In this document: positions 39,346 through 52,606 of the stretch, piece by piece
Layout: every line of letters starts with the position of its first letter
Position numbering within the stretch: the first letter of the stretch is position 1
Source of the DNA: Octopus sinensis
Lineage: Eukaryota
NCBI RefSeq assembly: GCF_006345805.1
Contig: NC_042997.1
Location: 184,388,001-184,452,000 of the forward strand
Direction: 5' to 3'
DNA length: 64,000 nt
Position numbers and translations under genes: made by a program
Notes under the pieces: model-generated
What the model saw: only the letters and a program-made list of their open reading frames with translations
What the model was told of the DNA's origin: nothing
Databases searched by the model: none

Positions 39346-39758
39346 GGCGGCGTCTGGCAGAAACGTTAGTACGCCGAGCGAATTGCCTAGCGGTATTTCG
39401 TCTGCCGTTACGTTCTGAGTTCAAATTCCGCAGAGGTCGACTTTGCTTTTCATCCTTTCGGGGTCGATAAACTAAGTACCAGTTACGCACTGGGGGTTGA
39501 TGTAATCGACTTAATCCGTTTGTCTGTCCTTATTTGTCTCCTCTGTGTTTAGCCCCTTGTGGGTAGTAAAGAAATAGGTATTTCGTCTGCCGCTACGTTC
39601 TGAGTTCAAATTCCGCCGAGGCCGATTTTGCCTTTCATCCTTTCGGGGTCGATTAAATAAGTACCAGTTACGCACTGGGGTCGATATAATCGACTTAATC
39701 CGTTTGTTTGTCCTTGTTTGTCTCCTCTGTGTGTAGCCACTTATGGGCAGTAAAGATA
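39346..39758 (+). mobile_element. Meta-domain-type SINE with tandem duplicated body
   Basis: Same layout as 2874-3287; units start at 39392 and 39577. Confidence 0.85.
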
Positions 39759-40016
39759 GAAGTTTTACTTCTACTAATGATTATTGTCTGAGGAACTGGT
39801 CAGGCAATTCTCCTGCTCGACACGTGGATTTACCTCACTATTCTCCTTATCATTGGATTGACCTTGATGATAAGAATACGAACCTTATGCTACCTCTTTC
39901 CTTTCTATTCCACTTTTTTCTTCTAAAGGGTATGAGTCCCAAATATCTATTTACTGAAATGAATGTCATCTCTTAAAAATCTGCATTGCTGACGATGACT
40001 TTTCACCCATATATAT

Positions 40017-40084
<68 letters not shown>

Positions 40085-40224
40085 GCATGTATGTATGTAT
40101 TGATGTATATATATGTGTGGTATATGCACATACATATGTATATATATGTATATATATATATATATATATGTATTTATGTAAATATATGTGTGATATATGC
40201 ATATACATATTTATGTATGTATAT

Positions 40225-40272
<48 letters not shown>

Positions 40273-40964
40273 TATGTATATATGTATATATATATATATA
40301 CATATGATAATATATATATATAGGTGTGTGTGCGTACGTACATATATATATATATGTATGCACGTATATATATATAAAGTTTTCAATTATTAAGCGAACA
40401 TTTTTCTCTAGAGTAAATTTTCCAATCATATTTTCTTATACACAACACCTATCTTCAATTTTACAAAATATTATCATTACAATTTTAAACCAATCATCAG
40501 GAAGAACAAATGTCAAAGAAAAAGCATGAGCATTAATACGAACCATTTTGTTTTTTTATTTTTTCTTATGAATTCCATTAAACTGATATGAAAATTGTAT
40601 TTCGTTTTGGTTATTTTCCACCTTTGCTAGCTTTCCTCACTCTTCTTTTCCCACCATTTCACCTTTTTTACGTTGTATGTGTCACGATTGTTCTTAAGAG
40701 AATTTATGGAAATTTTCCTGATGAGTTATTGATTTTTAAATTAGATACATGACCATAGATATAAAATAGAGGAGAACAAGAATGTGGAGCGATCATGTGT
40801 TTCTCAAAGGGATTGTAGGCGAGAACAAGATGTGAAAAAAGAAAGGAAGAAAGAAAAGAAACGTGAACTAGAAGGAAACGGATGACGTTCAAATTCAGAA
40901 GGATTAGAATGTGGACAAAGGTGTGAAGAAGGCGAAGACAGAAATGAAGAGTAGAAGTATTTTT

Positions 40965-40998
40965 AATAATAATAATAATAATAATAATAATAGTAGTA

Positions 40999-41095
<97 letters not shown>

Positions 41096-41250
41096 GAAGA
41101 AGAAGAAGAAGAAGAGAAGAAGAAAAAAATGAGGAAGATGGCGATGATAATGATGATGATGATGATGATGAAGAAGAAGAAGAAGAAGAAGAAGAAGAAG
41201 AAGAAGAAGAAGAAGAAGAAGAAGAAGAAGAAGAAGAAGAAGAAGAAGAA
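40965..41250. repeat. Compound (AAT)n-(AAG)n-(GAT)n-(GAA)n microsatellite
   Basis: Direct reading. Confidence 0.95.
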
Positions 41251-41620
41251 TGGTTATGGGAAGCCAAGAGTATTGATATTGCAATACCTGGGGATGCACG
41301 CATAATTTACAAAGACTAGAAAAGATTGAAAAGTGCAGACTACTAAAAGACGAAATTGCAATTCGAGTAGTTGTTGGGGCACTCGGAACCCTAACAACCA
41401 AGTTCAAGAAATATGTCAGAGTAATCGGAATTGACATGAGAGCAGAGCAATCCCCGAAAACTTCTCTGCTGGGGACAGAAAGGATTTTGATAGTGGTATT
41501 TGGATGGTGAATGTCTCCCACGATGGAAAGAGACCCTATGAGATTCCTGACAGCAGGCTGCTGTCTGCTCTCCCAGAATCTACCAGAGCAAACAAGGCCG
41601 AGTGCTCTGAGAAGTGAAAC
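41251..41620 (+). pseudogene. R4/Dong-clade retrotransposon 3' end (RLE C-terminus + 3' UTR)
   Basis: IDIAIPGDARI / LEKIEK...VVGALGTLTTKFKKYVRVIGIDMRAEQSPKTSLLGTERIL*; ends at (AAT)n. Confidence 0.8.
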
Positions 41621-41655
41621 AATAATAATAATAATTATTGCAAGAAATCATCATC

Positions 41656-41710
<55 letters not shown>

Positions 41711-41727
41711 TAATAATAATAATATAA

Positions 41728-41763
<36 letters not shown>

Positions 41764-41922
41764 CTGTAGCAGTAGTAGAAGACGAAAGAAAATAAAATAA
41801 ATAATGTGAAACCGGAAGAAATGCCGCTAAGAATTTTCTCTAACGTGTTAATGACTTTTCTTGCGCGCCGCCTTAACAACAACAACAACAACAACAACAA
41901 CATTAAGCAGGTATCATGTAAA

Positions 41923-42082
41923 ATGTGTGAAGGAACTCAAAAAACGAATAGTGTAGGCAAAATCTGCATTCAAAATAAGGATCTTGGTCCAAATGCTCAG
42001 AGTACAGTTTCTTAACATGTTTTATAATTCTGAGAATGCAGATTTTGCCTACACTATTCGTTTTTTGAGTTCCTTTACACAT
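41923..42082. repeat. Inverted repeat, 49-bp arms, 62-bp spacer
   Basis: 41923-41971 vs 42034-42082, one mismatch. Confidence 0.9.
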
Positions 42083-42979
42083 CTTGCATCTTCTGAGATG
42101 AAAGTTCCAAAGTAGTTTGAAGGATGATAAATGCTTAATGGTTTGATTGTTCTCTTTCAACGTCCACTTTGGGCTTGCTTTCTTTATCATCTTGCAATTT
42201 ATGAACAGATCTTTCCTCTTTCTCATTGTCTGACCACTACATCCTGAAGTCTCTGAAGTTCCTTTTACGAAACTGCAAGTAATATTGTGTCTTCAGCATA
42301 TCTTATGTTTTGTGATGCTTCTGTCGCCTACTCTAAAACCTATGTCTATTAAACATCAGGAAATAGAAATGTTACAGGAAAAAAAACAACAGAGGATTTT
42401 GGCAGGACATGATCGCCTATGTCCTACGTTCTGGACATGGCGCCCAAAGAAGGAAAGAAAAGCTATTAACTTGCCTCCGAACGAATATAAATTTTCACTT
42501 CATAGCTTATAAATAAATTTTCCCTAAAATTTAAGCTTATTCTCTTTCTCTCTCTCTCTTTTTCTCCATGTCTGTTTCTTTGCCCCTGTCTCTCTGTTTT
42601 TTTTTTAATTCTCCACCACCTTCTTTTTAATGATGATTCTGTGTTAGAAACAATAATAACTAAATGAATTTCGTAACTGTTATTTCAATTAGGCTAGTTG
42701 CAATGTGTTATGTTACACAAAGATTATTTAGACCGAGGAGAAGCCTTCCTTAATTATGCAGTCGAAGAGTTCGTAATTTTCTAATAGTGCAATGTTTTAA
42801 TTGGATCATTAGAAACATTATACAATTAGATTATACCGATATTCGTTAATTAGGTAACAACGACTTACTATTGATAACACCATTCAAACATCACACATTT
42901 ATATCATGCTAAAATTCCGTGATTAATTCACCACGATATTTTACTATTACTATAGAGATAACTTAATAAAGTGACACGG

Positions 42980-43090
42980 GGTTAGCGCGCCGTCTTCACA
43001 TTCTGAGTTCAAATTCCGTTCAAGTCGATTTTCCCATTTATCCTTATGAGGTCGATAAAGTAAGAACCCAGTTAAACAAAATTTGAAACA

Positions 43091-43160
<70 letters not shown>

Positions 43161-43183
43161 CATCATCATCATCATCATCATCA

Positions 43184-43257
<74 letters not shown>

Positions 43258-43750
43258 TAGTTTTATTTTTATAGTGTGCTTTCACTTCACTACCGAGCGC
43301 AGCTCTGTGTGCCTTGGGTATATGCTGTGATTTGTTGTGATGCTCTGATGGTCACTGTATTGAAAGTGTTCTACGTAGGATGTGTGCGGTGCCTAGTAGT
43401 GTAATTTTCTGTATGTTCTATGTGTTTGTAAGTCCTGGTGTTTTTGTTATGTATTTATCTGAATGTTTTTTTTATCAAACCTAATGCACCTACTATGATA
43501 GGAATTGTTTCTGTTTTTAGGGTCAATGTTTGAGTTAAAGAATCTTTAGGGCGTCAGACACAAAGCCTCTTGGTGTTTCTTCCGACTCATTTACTTTCTG
43601 AGTTCAATTCATACTAAGATCAACTTCGCCATTCACCCCTTCTGGATCAATAAAATAAAGTACCAGTCAAACATTGCAGTGGATTCTATTCACTATTCAC
43701 TAGACTCTTCCATTCAAAATTGCTGGCCTTGTTCCTAAATTAAAAATAAT
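42980..43750 (+). mobile_element. Two degenerate Meta-domain-type SINE pieces (about 42980-43085 and 43545-43750)
   Basis: CTGAGTTCAAATTCC...CCTT...GGTCGATAAA and ...ATAAAGTACCAG...GGCCTTGT. Confidence 0.65.
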
Positions 43751-44336
43751 AACAATAATTAGTTTTGATATAGAATAGGTACAAGTTCATATGATTTAAT
43801 GATGAGATACTATTGTCATTTCTAAAGTAATTATAAAATGTCTTTCAGCAAGGGATCGAACTATCTAACATGATCACCACACTGGAAGAAATCTCTTATT
43901 GTCAAGGATTCTTAATAAAAATACAAATACATGCAGAGTTTTATTACTGTTGACTGGGCACATCACCCTTAAGTTTTGCACAATAGTAAAATCAATATTG
44001 AATTGATAGCAATATTGAATTTCATCGATCTAATGTAAAGTGGATATTTATAAATATCATCACTTTTAGATAAACTAACCATAAAATAAACTTCAAACAT
44101 GGAAACATAAGCATGAAATATGAGGCATAATCACTATGCATACTACCCCCCCACACACACACACACATTGTTTGTTTTTATGTTCAGTTATAATAATCTG
44201 AAGGGTAACTCCATACTTTTCTAAAGTGCAAATGTATTATTCTTTAGCATGAACAGTATTGACAGTGAATTCGAACTTTCAGTCAGGTAAGGTATCATCG
44301 GACTATCTGACGATGACTTGAAAGTCACTGTGTCAC

Positions 44337-44369
<33 letters not shown>

Positions 44370-45010
44370 ATAGTTAATTCGAGGAAGTTATATCCTCATA
44401 AGGGATTATATAATACTAGATATTCCACTGGTTCATTCCTATCATATAATGCGAAAGTCACTGGTGTATGTTAAGGATTATTGAAATTATATATTATCAG
44501 TATTGAAGGAAAAAGAAAATGGAGAAAAAATGTATGCATGAATAATTTATTTGTATTTTATGAAATGATGCAAATTTCTTTTAAGAAGCATAACAGTACA
44601 AATAAGTTGATTTCAAGTTGTAAGCTCAAAAAAATAAAATAAAGGAAGCTACATATATGTTTCAGTCCTATCACCTAGTTGATCAGAAGTTCTAAGCATT
44701 TGGTTAATTGCTAAGAAAGGTATCATATTCTAGCTATGTGGGGTAGGACTTCTTCAGGGTTAATTATGAGCTTATGGAACTTAGGTTATCATTTATATTT
44801 TCAAAGATGTATACAGAGTATTAGTGAGTTAAAAGCTATATATAGTAAGTGTATCTAAGTGATGGGTTCTATATATTCATGAATATACTATATATTAGAA
44901 AACAAATAAATAAAATGTGCATGAAAAATAAAATAGAATTAAAAAGATAAAATAAAAAATAAAAATAAGAATATAAAAAAACTATAGATTTTTCTTATTG
45001 GTTTGGTAAT

Positions 45011-45456
45011 AGGCGCAGGAGTGGCTGTGTGGTAAGTACTTGCTTACCAACCACATGGTTCCGGGTTCAGTCCCACTGCGTGGCATCTTGGGCAAGTGTC
45101 TTCTGCTATAGCCCCGGGCCGACCAATGCCTTGTGAGTGGATTTGGTAGACGGAAACTGAAAGAAGCCTGTCGTATATATGTATATATATATATATAATC
45201 CTTCGAAACGTTTAGTAGATGAAACCTTAGCGACTGAAGAAGGGGATTTTTCGTTGTGCTTACTGTCCTGTATCTCTCTTTTTTTGCTTGTCTTGTTCCT
45301 TGGTTTGTGTCTATGTGTTTCGTCTCTCTATGTGTTCGGACGTCTTTTTGGTGTCCTGTACACATATATGCGTGTATATGTACATGTAGAGGTAGGTACG
45401 TACATATATGTTTATATATATGCTATGTTCTATTTTATTAACATATTATATATATA

Positions 45457-45512
<56 letters not shown>

Positions 45513-45517
45513 TATAG

Positions 45518-45548
<31 letters not shown>

Positions 45549-45777
45549 GTGTGTGTGTGTTTGTGTGTCTGTGTTTGTCCCCCTAGCATTGCTTGACAAT
45601 CGATGCTGGTGTGTTTACGTCCCGTCACCTAGCGGGTTCGGCAAATGAGACCGATAGAATAAGTTACTGGGCTTACAAAGAATAAGTCCCGGGGTCGATT
45701 TGCTCGACTAAAGGCGGTGCTCCAGCATGGCCGCAGTCAAATGACTGGAACAAGTAAAAGAGTAAAAGAGTAAAGAG
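45011..45777 (+). mobile_element. Family A SINE split at its internal (TA)n by a foreign insertion (about 45195-45445)
   Basis: Head 45011-45180, tail 45555-45777. Confidence 0.85.
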
Positions 45778-46219
45778 AGAGAGATACAGTTGTGAAAATG
45801 TATAGAGGAGTGGCAATATGTGAAATAATCAGAATCGAGGATAGATGAAAGTTTTGAAATCAACCGTTATAATGCGTATCTAGTAAAACTTACTTATAAA
45901 CCATTATTCGTTAGAACATGTAAATGCATATTTAAATGTATATTTTAGATTAATGCATTTGGATGTCGGGACTTGATCATGCAATACATACTTACTGATA
46001 CGTATTTTATTGAGCATACGTATACATATACATAAATATGTATGTATACACATAAACATATGCACATGCACACATAAACAAGAAATAATATATATATGTA
46101 TATATATTTATATATATATAAATACATACACACACACACACACACACATAAGTATATACGCAGTCCGACATGCAGCCATGAGTATATTAGCACATAATAT
46201 ATATATTCTAATATATTTT

Positions 46220-46419
46220 TAATGTAAAGTATAGAAGCCATCTTATCATGGCTAACCACATTGGGGAGGGGGTGTTACTGTAGCTTTATAGCCCCAAGAG
46301 ATCTTCGTCTCTAGCTGGCTTTAGACGCAATATCTGTGTCCTTGGGGCTATAAAGCTACAGTAACAACCCCTCCCCAATGTGGTTAGCCATGATAAGATG
46401 GCTTCTATACTTTACATTA
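46220..46419. repeat. Inverted repeat, 79-bp arms, 42-bp spacer
   Basis: 46220-46298 vs 46341-46419, one mismatch. Confidence 0.95.
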
Positions 46420-46580
46420 TCGAGCGATTACTGTTTTAATCTCATTCTGAGATTTAATTATGCAATATATTTTTAATATATATATATGATGGCTGCCCCC
46501 TCGTTATCGAGTATGGTCATTGCACGAAGCTTAACTGTTATTGGTGCTATGATCGAATGTGACTTTTATATATATATTAT

Positions 46581-46631
<51 letters not shown>

Positions 46632-46839
46632 ATAATATATATATATATAATATATATATATAATATGTATATATATAAATATATATACATACACACATAC
46701 ATTGTGGCCCACTGCCATTACGACGACGAGAGTTCCAGTTGATCCGATCAACAGAACAGCCTGCCGTGAAATTAATGTTAATATTTATAGATAATTATAC
46801 CGGTAGTATAACGGTTATTCCAAACTCTAACTCTAATAA

Positions 46840-46901
<62 letters not shown>

Positions 46902-47072
46902 TTATATATTTATATGTTAGGAGTTAGAGGTTAAACAACCACCTAAGGGATAATAAATTATAATAAATATCCAATATACTACTGGAGGGATACCAAAGGC
47001 TTACTGTTGGAAGGCAATTGACAAATAGTACAATAGGTACAAGTAGAGGTAAACGAAAGTTTATCCCGAATT

Positions 47073-47359
47073 TATATATGGCAAGGGAGAAAATGGAGAA
47101 GAGATTCAATCGACAAACGTCAATAAGATTTATTTACTATAATCATAATGGTAAGAGTACAAGAACTTACTAACTCTCTGATGAAGCTTTGGAGTTAAAT
47201 TTTTGTATGATATGTCAACTGTAGCATACTGGATCACCGAAGTAGAAACAGGTATAAGAGTGGAGTTTTATTTATTTATTCCTATGATTATAGTAAATAA
47301 ATCTTATTGATGTTTGTCGATTGAAACTCTTCTCCATTTTCTTCCTTGCCTTATATATA
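47073..47359. repeat. Inverted repeat (about 75-bp arms) enclosing an HHR remnant
   Basis: 47073-47147 vs 47283-47359. Confidence 0.9.
47173..47261 (+). ncRNA. Degenerate minimal hammerhead (AGCT-like loop)
   Basis: ACTCT-CTGATGA-aGCTTTGG..CCGAAGTa-GAAAC-AGGT-ATA-AGAGT: perfect 5-bp stem I in exact register; helix III mutated. Confidence 0.55.
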
Positions 47360-47538
47360 CATATATATATAAAATGATGATGACGATGATGATGGTGATA
47401 TATTCATATATTTAGGTATATATATATATATATATATAATATATATATATATGTGTGTGTTGTGTGTGTATACATAGATACATATATGCACACACACATA
47501 TGTATGTGTCTATCTATTTATCTGCCTACGCACATGCA

Positions 47539-47592
<54 letters not shown>

Positions 47593-48316
47593 TTGCGGAT
47601 AGAGAGAAGGTGGGATTCGAATGAATAAAGGGGGTAAGGACAGAAGAGGATGAGAAAGAGTGGCGAGGTTAGCAAAATGTTGCAATTTGTGGAATAATGA
47701 CGGTAATGCTTGCAGTGAACCGAATCTGGGATTCGTATTTTATTCTGAATGGCGTGATTATATTTCACGTATTCTGCATACTTGCAATTTCCGGCCGAAA
47801 CCAATATCTCAGAATAGAATGCTTTCCGCCAAGTTGATTTCTCCCTGATCCTTCACACGAAAAGAAAGTGTTCTATGTTGAACCAACAACCATATAAGAG
47901 TTAAAGGGAAAAATCTAATTTCACATATCTCTCAGAGAAAATTATGTAATGCTGCTCATGTGATGTATATATCAACAGGGCAAATGATTTAAATCTATTG
48001 GATGAGATACCGATACACACATGAATAACCATACAAGATAAAACACGATTTATCGGTCCATACTTGTAAAACAACTGTACACACAGAAGGTGACACAACA
48101 GGATGACATACACCATAACACATGAGACATGTATCGAGATATCACAGAAACTACATATCAAAAGAACAAGTGGGATATACATACAGCAAACAGAATAAAT
48201 AGATTGGGTACTGAACAGTGAAAATTCAATGGTTGAATTATTTCAAACTTATATCTAGTATGAATTTTTAAAAACAATACGGCGGACAATATTATTTTCG
48301 AAACAACAAGAAATAT

Positions 48317-48358
<42 letters not shown>

Positions 48359-48385
48359 CGAGAAAGAAGCACAAGAATGGATAGG

Positions 48386-48477
48386 TTTTTATTACAATCG
48401 TTTCATACAAGGACAGGCTTTATTAAAAGTTGCAAAAATTACAGCATATAAACGTGTCCCGTACTCATCAGCTAAAA
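48386..48477 (-). ncRNA. Mirror copy of the GATT-loop hammerhead, left arm
   Basis: Same motif on the minus strand; first stem I pair mismatched (GTA-ATAAAA). Confidence 0.6.
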
Positions 48478-48965
48478 TACATGTGAGTTCTCTAGACATC
48501 CTAGTGGTTGAGGCTATACTCATGAAGTAATGTAGATAATTAAGTAACATAAACAGATTTCCAAAGTTCATTAAAGTTCTTTAAAGATGATGTACAGTCT
48601 TACACAGAATTTTAAAAAAGTTTTAATAGCATCACAAGAAGGTGACCTAATCCATAGTGCACATATGAATTTCAGAGATATGAGGAGGGATTACATGTAA
48701 TCCCTCCTCATATCTCTGAAATTCATATGTGCACTATGGATTACATGTAATCCCTCCTCATATCTCTGGAAATTCATATGTGCACTATGGATTAGGTCAC
48801 CTTCTCTGTGATGCTATTAAAACTTTTTTAAAATTCTGTGATAAGACTGTACATCATCTTTAAAGAACTTTAATGAACTTTGGAATCTGTTTATGTTACT
48901 TAATTATCTACATTACTTCATGAGTATAGCCTCAACCACTAGGATGTCTAGAGAACTCACATGTA

Positions 48966-49056
48966 TTTTAGCTGATGAGTACGGGACACGTTTAATGCTG
49001 TAATTTTTTGCAACTTTTAATAAAGCCTGTCCTTGTATGAAACGATTGTACTAAAA
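48966..49056 (+). ncRNA. Candidate hammerhead, GATT-loop family (GUA site), right arm
   Basis: TTTTAG-CTGATGA-GTACGGGAC..40 nt..GTCCTTGTAT-GAAAC-GATT-GTA-CTAAAA: 6-bp stem I, extended stem II. Confidence 0.7.
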
Positions 49057-49203
49057 ACCTATCCATTCTTGTTGCTTCTTTCTCGCTTATAATCACCCCC
49101 ACATTACTGTATTGTTAAACAGTATAGTTTTTTTTTGGTGCATCTAATTAGGTACCATATTCAAGTAAATTCATTTAAATTAACTTGAATCTTTATTGCT
49201 TTT

Positions 49204-49248
<45 letters not shown>

Positions 49249-49249
49249 C

Positions 49250-49282
<33 letters not shown>

Positions 49283-49535
49283 ATATAATATAACTGTAAA
49301 AGTAAATATATTCATTTCAGATGTTATTTAAACAAATATTAATTTAATTAAAAATATTTGTGAACTAAACTGTTAATAAATAATTATGGAATGTTTTTAT
49401 TATGTTAATCTGATTCGTTGTTTGTACAAGCATGTTGTACATATACGTGTGACTATTCAATGCATACATAAATGCATGTAACACAAGTTCTTATGTATAT
49501 AAGCATATGTGTATAAATGTATGTGTTTGTGTGTG

Positions 49536-49580
<45 letters not shown>

Positions 49581-49661
49581 GTGGTGTGTATGTATATATA
49601 TATATGTATGTATGTATGTATGTATAATATTTATGTTTTTCTCACATATGTATATACATAC

Positions 49662-49706
<45 letters not shown>

Positions 49707-50275
49707 AACATACATATACATATATATATGCATATGAATGCATACACATATGTAAACGCACTAACACACAAAGACGGGCATATATGTGTTTTTATAAATA
49801 ATATATATATATATGACTATACATAATTATTATGTGATTTGATACACACATACACGCATACACGCATACACACAGACACAAACAAGCTTACACACACAAA
49901 GCACACACACACATATGTATATACATATGCAACTAGATGCATAATACCATCGCATACACACCATCGCATGCACACCATCGCACACACACTCATAAAATTA
50001 TACTCAGATCTATATAAGCATGGAAATATCTGCTTAGCGTTTCCTGCGCGCTTCCTTCGACGTGTAATATATGTATGTGCTAAAGGTAAATCGATAAATA
50101 TATTTAATTAAATGAACTTACATGTGTAGAGATGGTATACTATTTTGTCAGCCATGTGACACATTTCACACAAGAGAATAAAATACCTAAAAGGACGACA
50201 AAAAGATAAGTATCGGAACGAAACCTTGTGTGGATACATTCCAAGGAGAAGAAAAATCAATATATATATATATAT

Positions 50276-50308
<33 letters not shown>

Positions 50309-50370
50309 ATATATATATATATAATATATATATATATTATATATCTATATATCTCTCCTCTCTCTGTATG

Positions 50371-50402
<32 letters not shown>

Positions 50403-50841
50403 TATAATACATACATAGATGCATGCATACATGCATACATACATGAATACGTATACACATACACGCAGTCAAAGACACATGTATATATAGAGAAGGATTA
50501 TTGAATAAAAACGAATAGGCGAGAAAGAATAAAGAAATAAGAGAATTTCGAAATCTTATAAAAATTGGAATGAAAGTTGAACTCCCTGTCAAATAAAACT
50601 GTTTCTATAGCAACTATACATACATGTATATGATACATGTGTTAGGGGTTACATGTAATTTGGTGTGGGAATTTATGTGTTTTGAGTAATATACATGCAA
50701 CAAAAAACGTCTCTTCGTTAATTCGTACAGCTACAGGTACATGATATATACTCGGCCGCATACACGATGAGCAAGTGTATTTGTATCTTGCCACAATGGT
50801 ATCAAATATTAGTGTATACATAAATATATATATATTTTTTA

Positions 50842-51027
50842 AGTTTCAGCTCAGAGCTGCGGCCATGCTGATGCACCACCGTTTCGCGCTACACTGTTAT
50901 TTTCTAGGAGCCTCCTCTAATATGTGGCACTTGATGAAGAATGGAGTTTGATATAGCTACCCTCATTTGCACCTCTTGCCGTGAGGCAGGCTCATCTGGG
51001 ACTCTCGACAGGAAGAGCTCCAGCTTT
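50842..51027 (-). mobile_element. 5'-truncated CR1/L2-type LINE 3' end
   Basis: KLELFLSRVPDEPASRQEVQMRVAISNSILHQVPHIRGGS* plus tail; homologous to 61663-61860. Confidence 0.85.
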
Positions 51028-51041
51028 GATATATATATGTG

Positions 51042-51090
<49 letters not shown>

Positions 51091-51107
51091 ATATATATTC
51101 TCTTCCT

Positions 51108-51520
51108 CTTTTCTCTTTTACTTGTTTCAGTCATTTGACTGCGGCCATGCTGGGCACCGCCTTTTTTTTTAATCGAGCAACTGGACCCCGGGACTTATTC
51201 TTTTGTAAGCCAGTACTTATTCTATCGGTCTCTTTTGCCGAACCGCTAGTGACGGGGGACGTAAACACACCAGCACGGTTGTCAAGCAATGCTAGAGGGA
51301 CAAACACAGACACACAAACATATACACACACATACATACATATATATACATATATACGACAGGCTTCTTTCAGTTTCCGTCTACCAATCCACTCACAAGG
51401 CATTGGTTGGCCCGGGGCTATAGCAGAAGACACTTGCCCAAGATGCCGCGCAGTGGACTGAACCCGGACCCATGGTGGCTGGTTAGCAAGCTACTTACCA
51501 CACAGCCACTCCTTGCGCCT
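51108..51520 (-). mobile_element. CORE-type SINE (family A), full length
   Basis: Same motifs as 2441-2852. Confidence 0.9.
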
Positions 51521-51533
51521 ATATATATAATAT

Positions 51534-51566
<33 letters not shown>

Positions 51567-51574
51567 ATGATGAG

Positions 51575-51838
51575 GTCGTTATTTAAATATCGATCTTATC
51601 AAGTGTCCAGTATAGGAACAAAAATCTTCAATGGTAATAATTATTATTAAAATTATAATTTAAGGTATCTAAGAGATACCGCCACGCTGGAAATAGCAGC
51701 CAAAATGTGACTCTAAAACTACATTAAATGTTCACACAGCACCAGGAGAGAAGGCAAAAAGACAAAATAAACTAGCAAAAAATTACTGGATAATTCCAGA
51801 TACTGGATTTCTGGCTTTGCATAAGAAATGCTTTGCCT
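51575..51838 (-). mobile_element. Second family E copy, truncated inside the HHR
   Basis: Inverted homolog of 4020-4280; retains GGC..GCC-a-GAAATCCAGTATC-TGGAAT but lacks CTGATG; abuts (TA)n. Confidence 0.75.
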
Positions 51839-51911
51839 ATATACACATATACATACATACATACATACATACATACATGCATACATACATACATACATAC
51901 ATACATACATC

Positions 51912-51944
<33 letters not shown>

Positions 51945-52064
51945 TTACCCTCCAGCTGCACCTCTCCTACATATGGATCACAGTGGACTCTACTCTTGAT
52001 GAAAAATCCCTGCAATACACCACGACGTCAAAAAACCTTTGAACTTTACGTAAAACTGTTATTA

Positions 52065-52232
52065 TTGTATAGATCGTTAGCCGCTACACACATTTTTTTC
52101 TCTCCTTGCTTCTCTCCTCGTTTTTTCTGTGTCCCTTTTTGTTGAAGAGCGCAGACTCGAAACGTAAAAGAATTATACTAATACATCTGTTTGTTTTGTA
52201 CACCACATGTCTTCGTCTTTTTTTTTTTACGT
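52065..52232 (+). mobile_element. Short repeat homologous to 13415-13610, with HHR remnant
   Basis: GTTGAAGAGCGCAGACTCGAAACGTAAAAG; ends CTCTCCC-(TA)n. Confidence 0.65.
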
Positions 52233-52239
52233 AAACTCT

Positions 52240-52289
<50 letters not shown>

Positions 52290-52299
52290 TTATTGTGTG

Positions 52300-52606
52300 T
52301 GCACAGCTTGTGACAGATCATGCCTTTCTTATGCTAGGCTCAAATTTCATTTGCGGACCCATGGAAAAGGAACTTCCACCAGCTATTCTGACTATATGTC
52401 TGTGCACACATTTCAATGCAATGTATGTTCAGAAAGTCTGCAAATCTAAAGGAGGCCTCAAAAGACATTTTAAGATCCCCAAAGATCAGAACTTAACTGC
52501 AACTCTTGGTGGGCCAAATCGGATATGCAATCTATGTGGACGTATTTTCAGAACATTTTCTGGTTTAAAAAGTCACATCAGATGCCATGATGGTTCTAAG
52601 GTGTAA
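52300..52606 (+). pseudogene. Three C2H2-type fingers, probably a LINE ORF2 C-terminal remnant
   Basis: CTACDRSCLSYARLKFHLRTH; CNVC/KVCKSKGGLKRHFKIP (frameshifted); CNLCGRIFRTFSGLKSHIRCH. No TGEKP linkers; 5' end truncated at (TA)n. Confidence 0.6.

Larger units (their letters stand above)
48359..49085. repeat. Large spacerless palindrome (about 337-bp arms) with 50-bp internal tandem duplication
   Basis: Centre ACA|TGT at 48695/48696; 48691-48740 repeated at 48741-48791. Confidence 0.95.

Noticed and set aside
40490-40730. TCATCAG (about 40497) and CTGATGA (about 40718) as hammerheads
   Set aside because: No consistent stem II, GAAA, NUH and stem I arrangement found.
47901-48182. Hydrophobic, Cys-rich 93-aa ORF as a receptor fragment
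   Set aside because: No family motif; composition is explained by TG-rich sequence.
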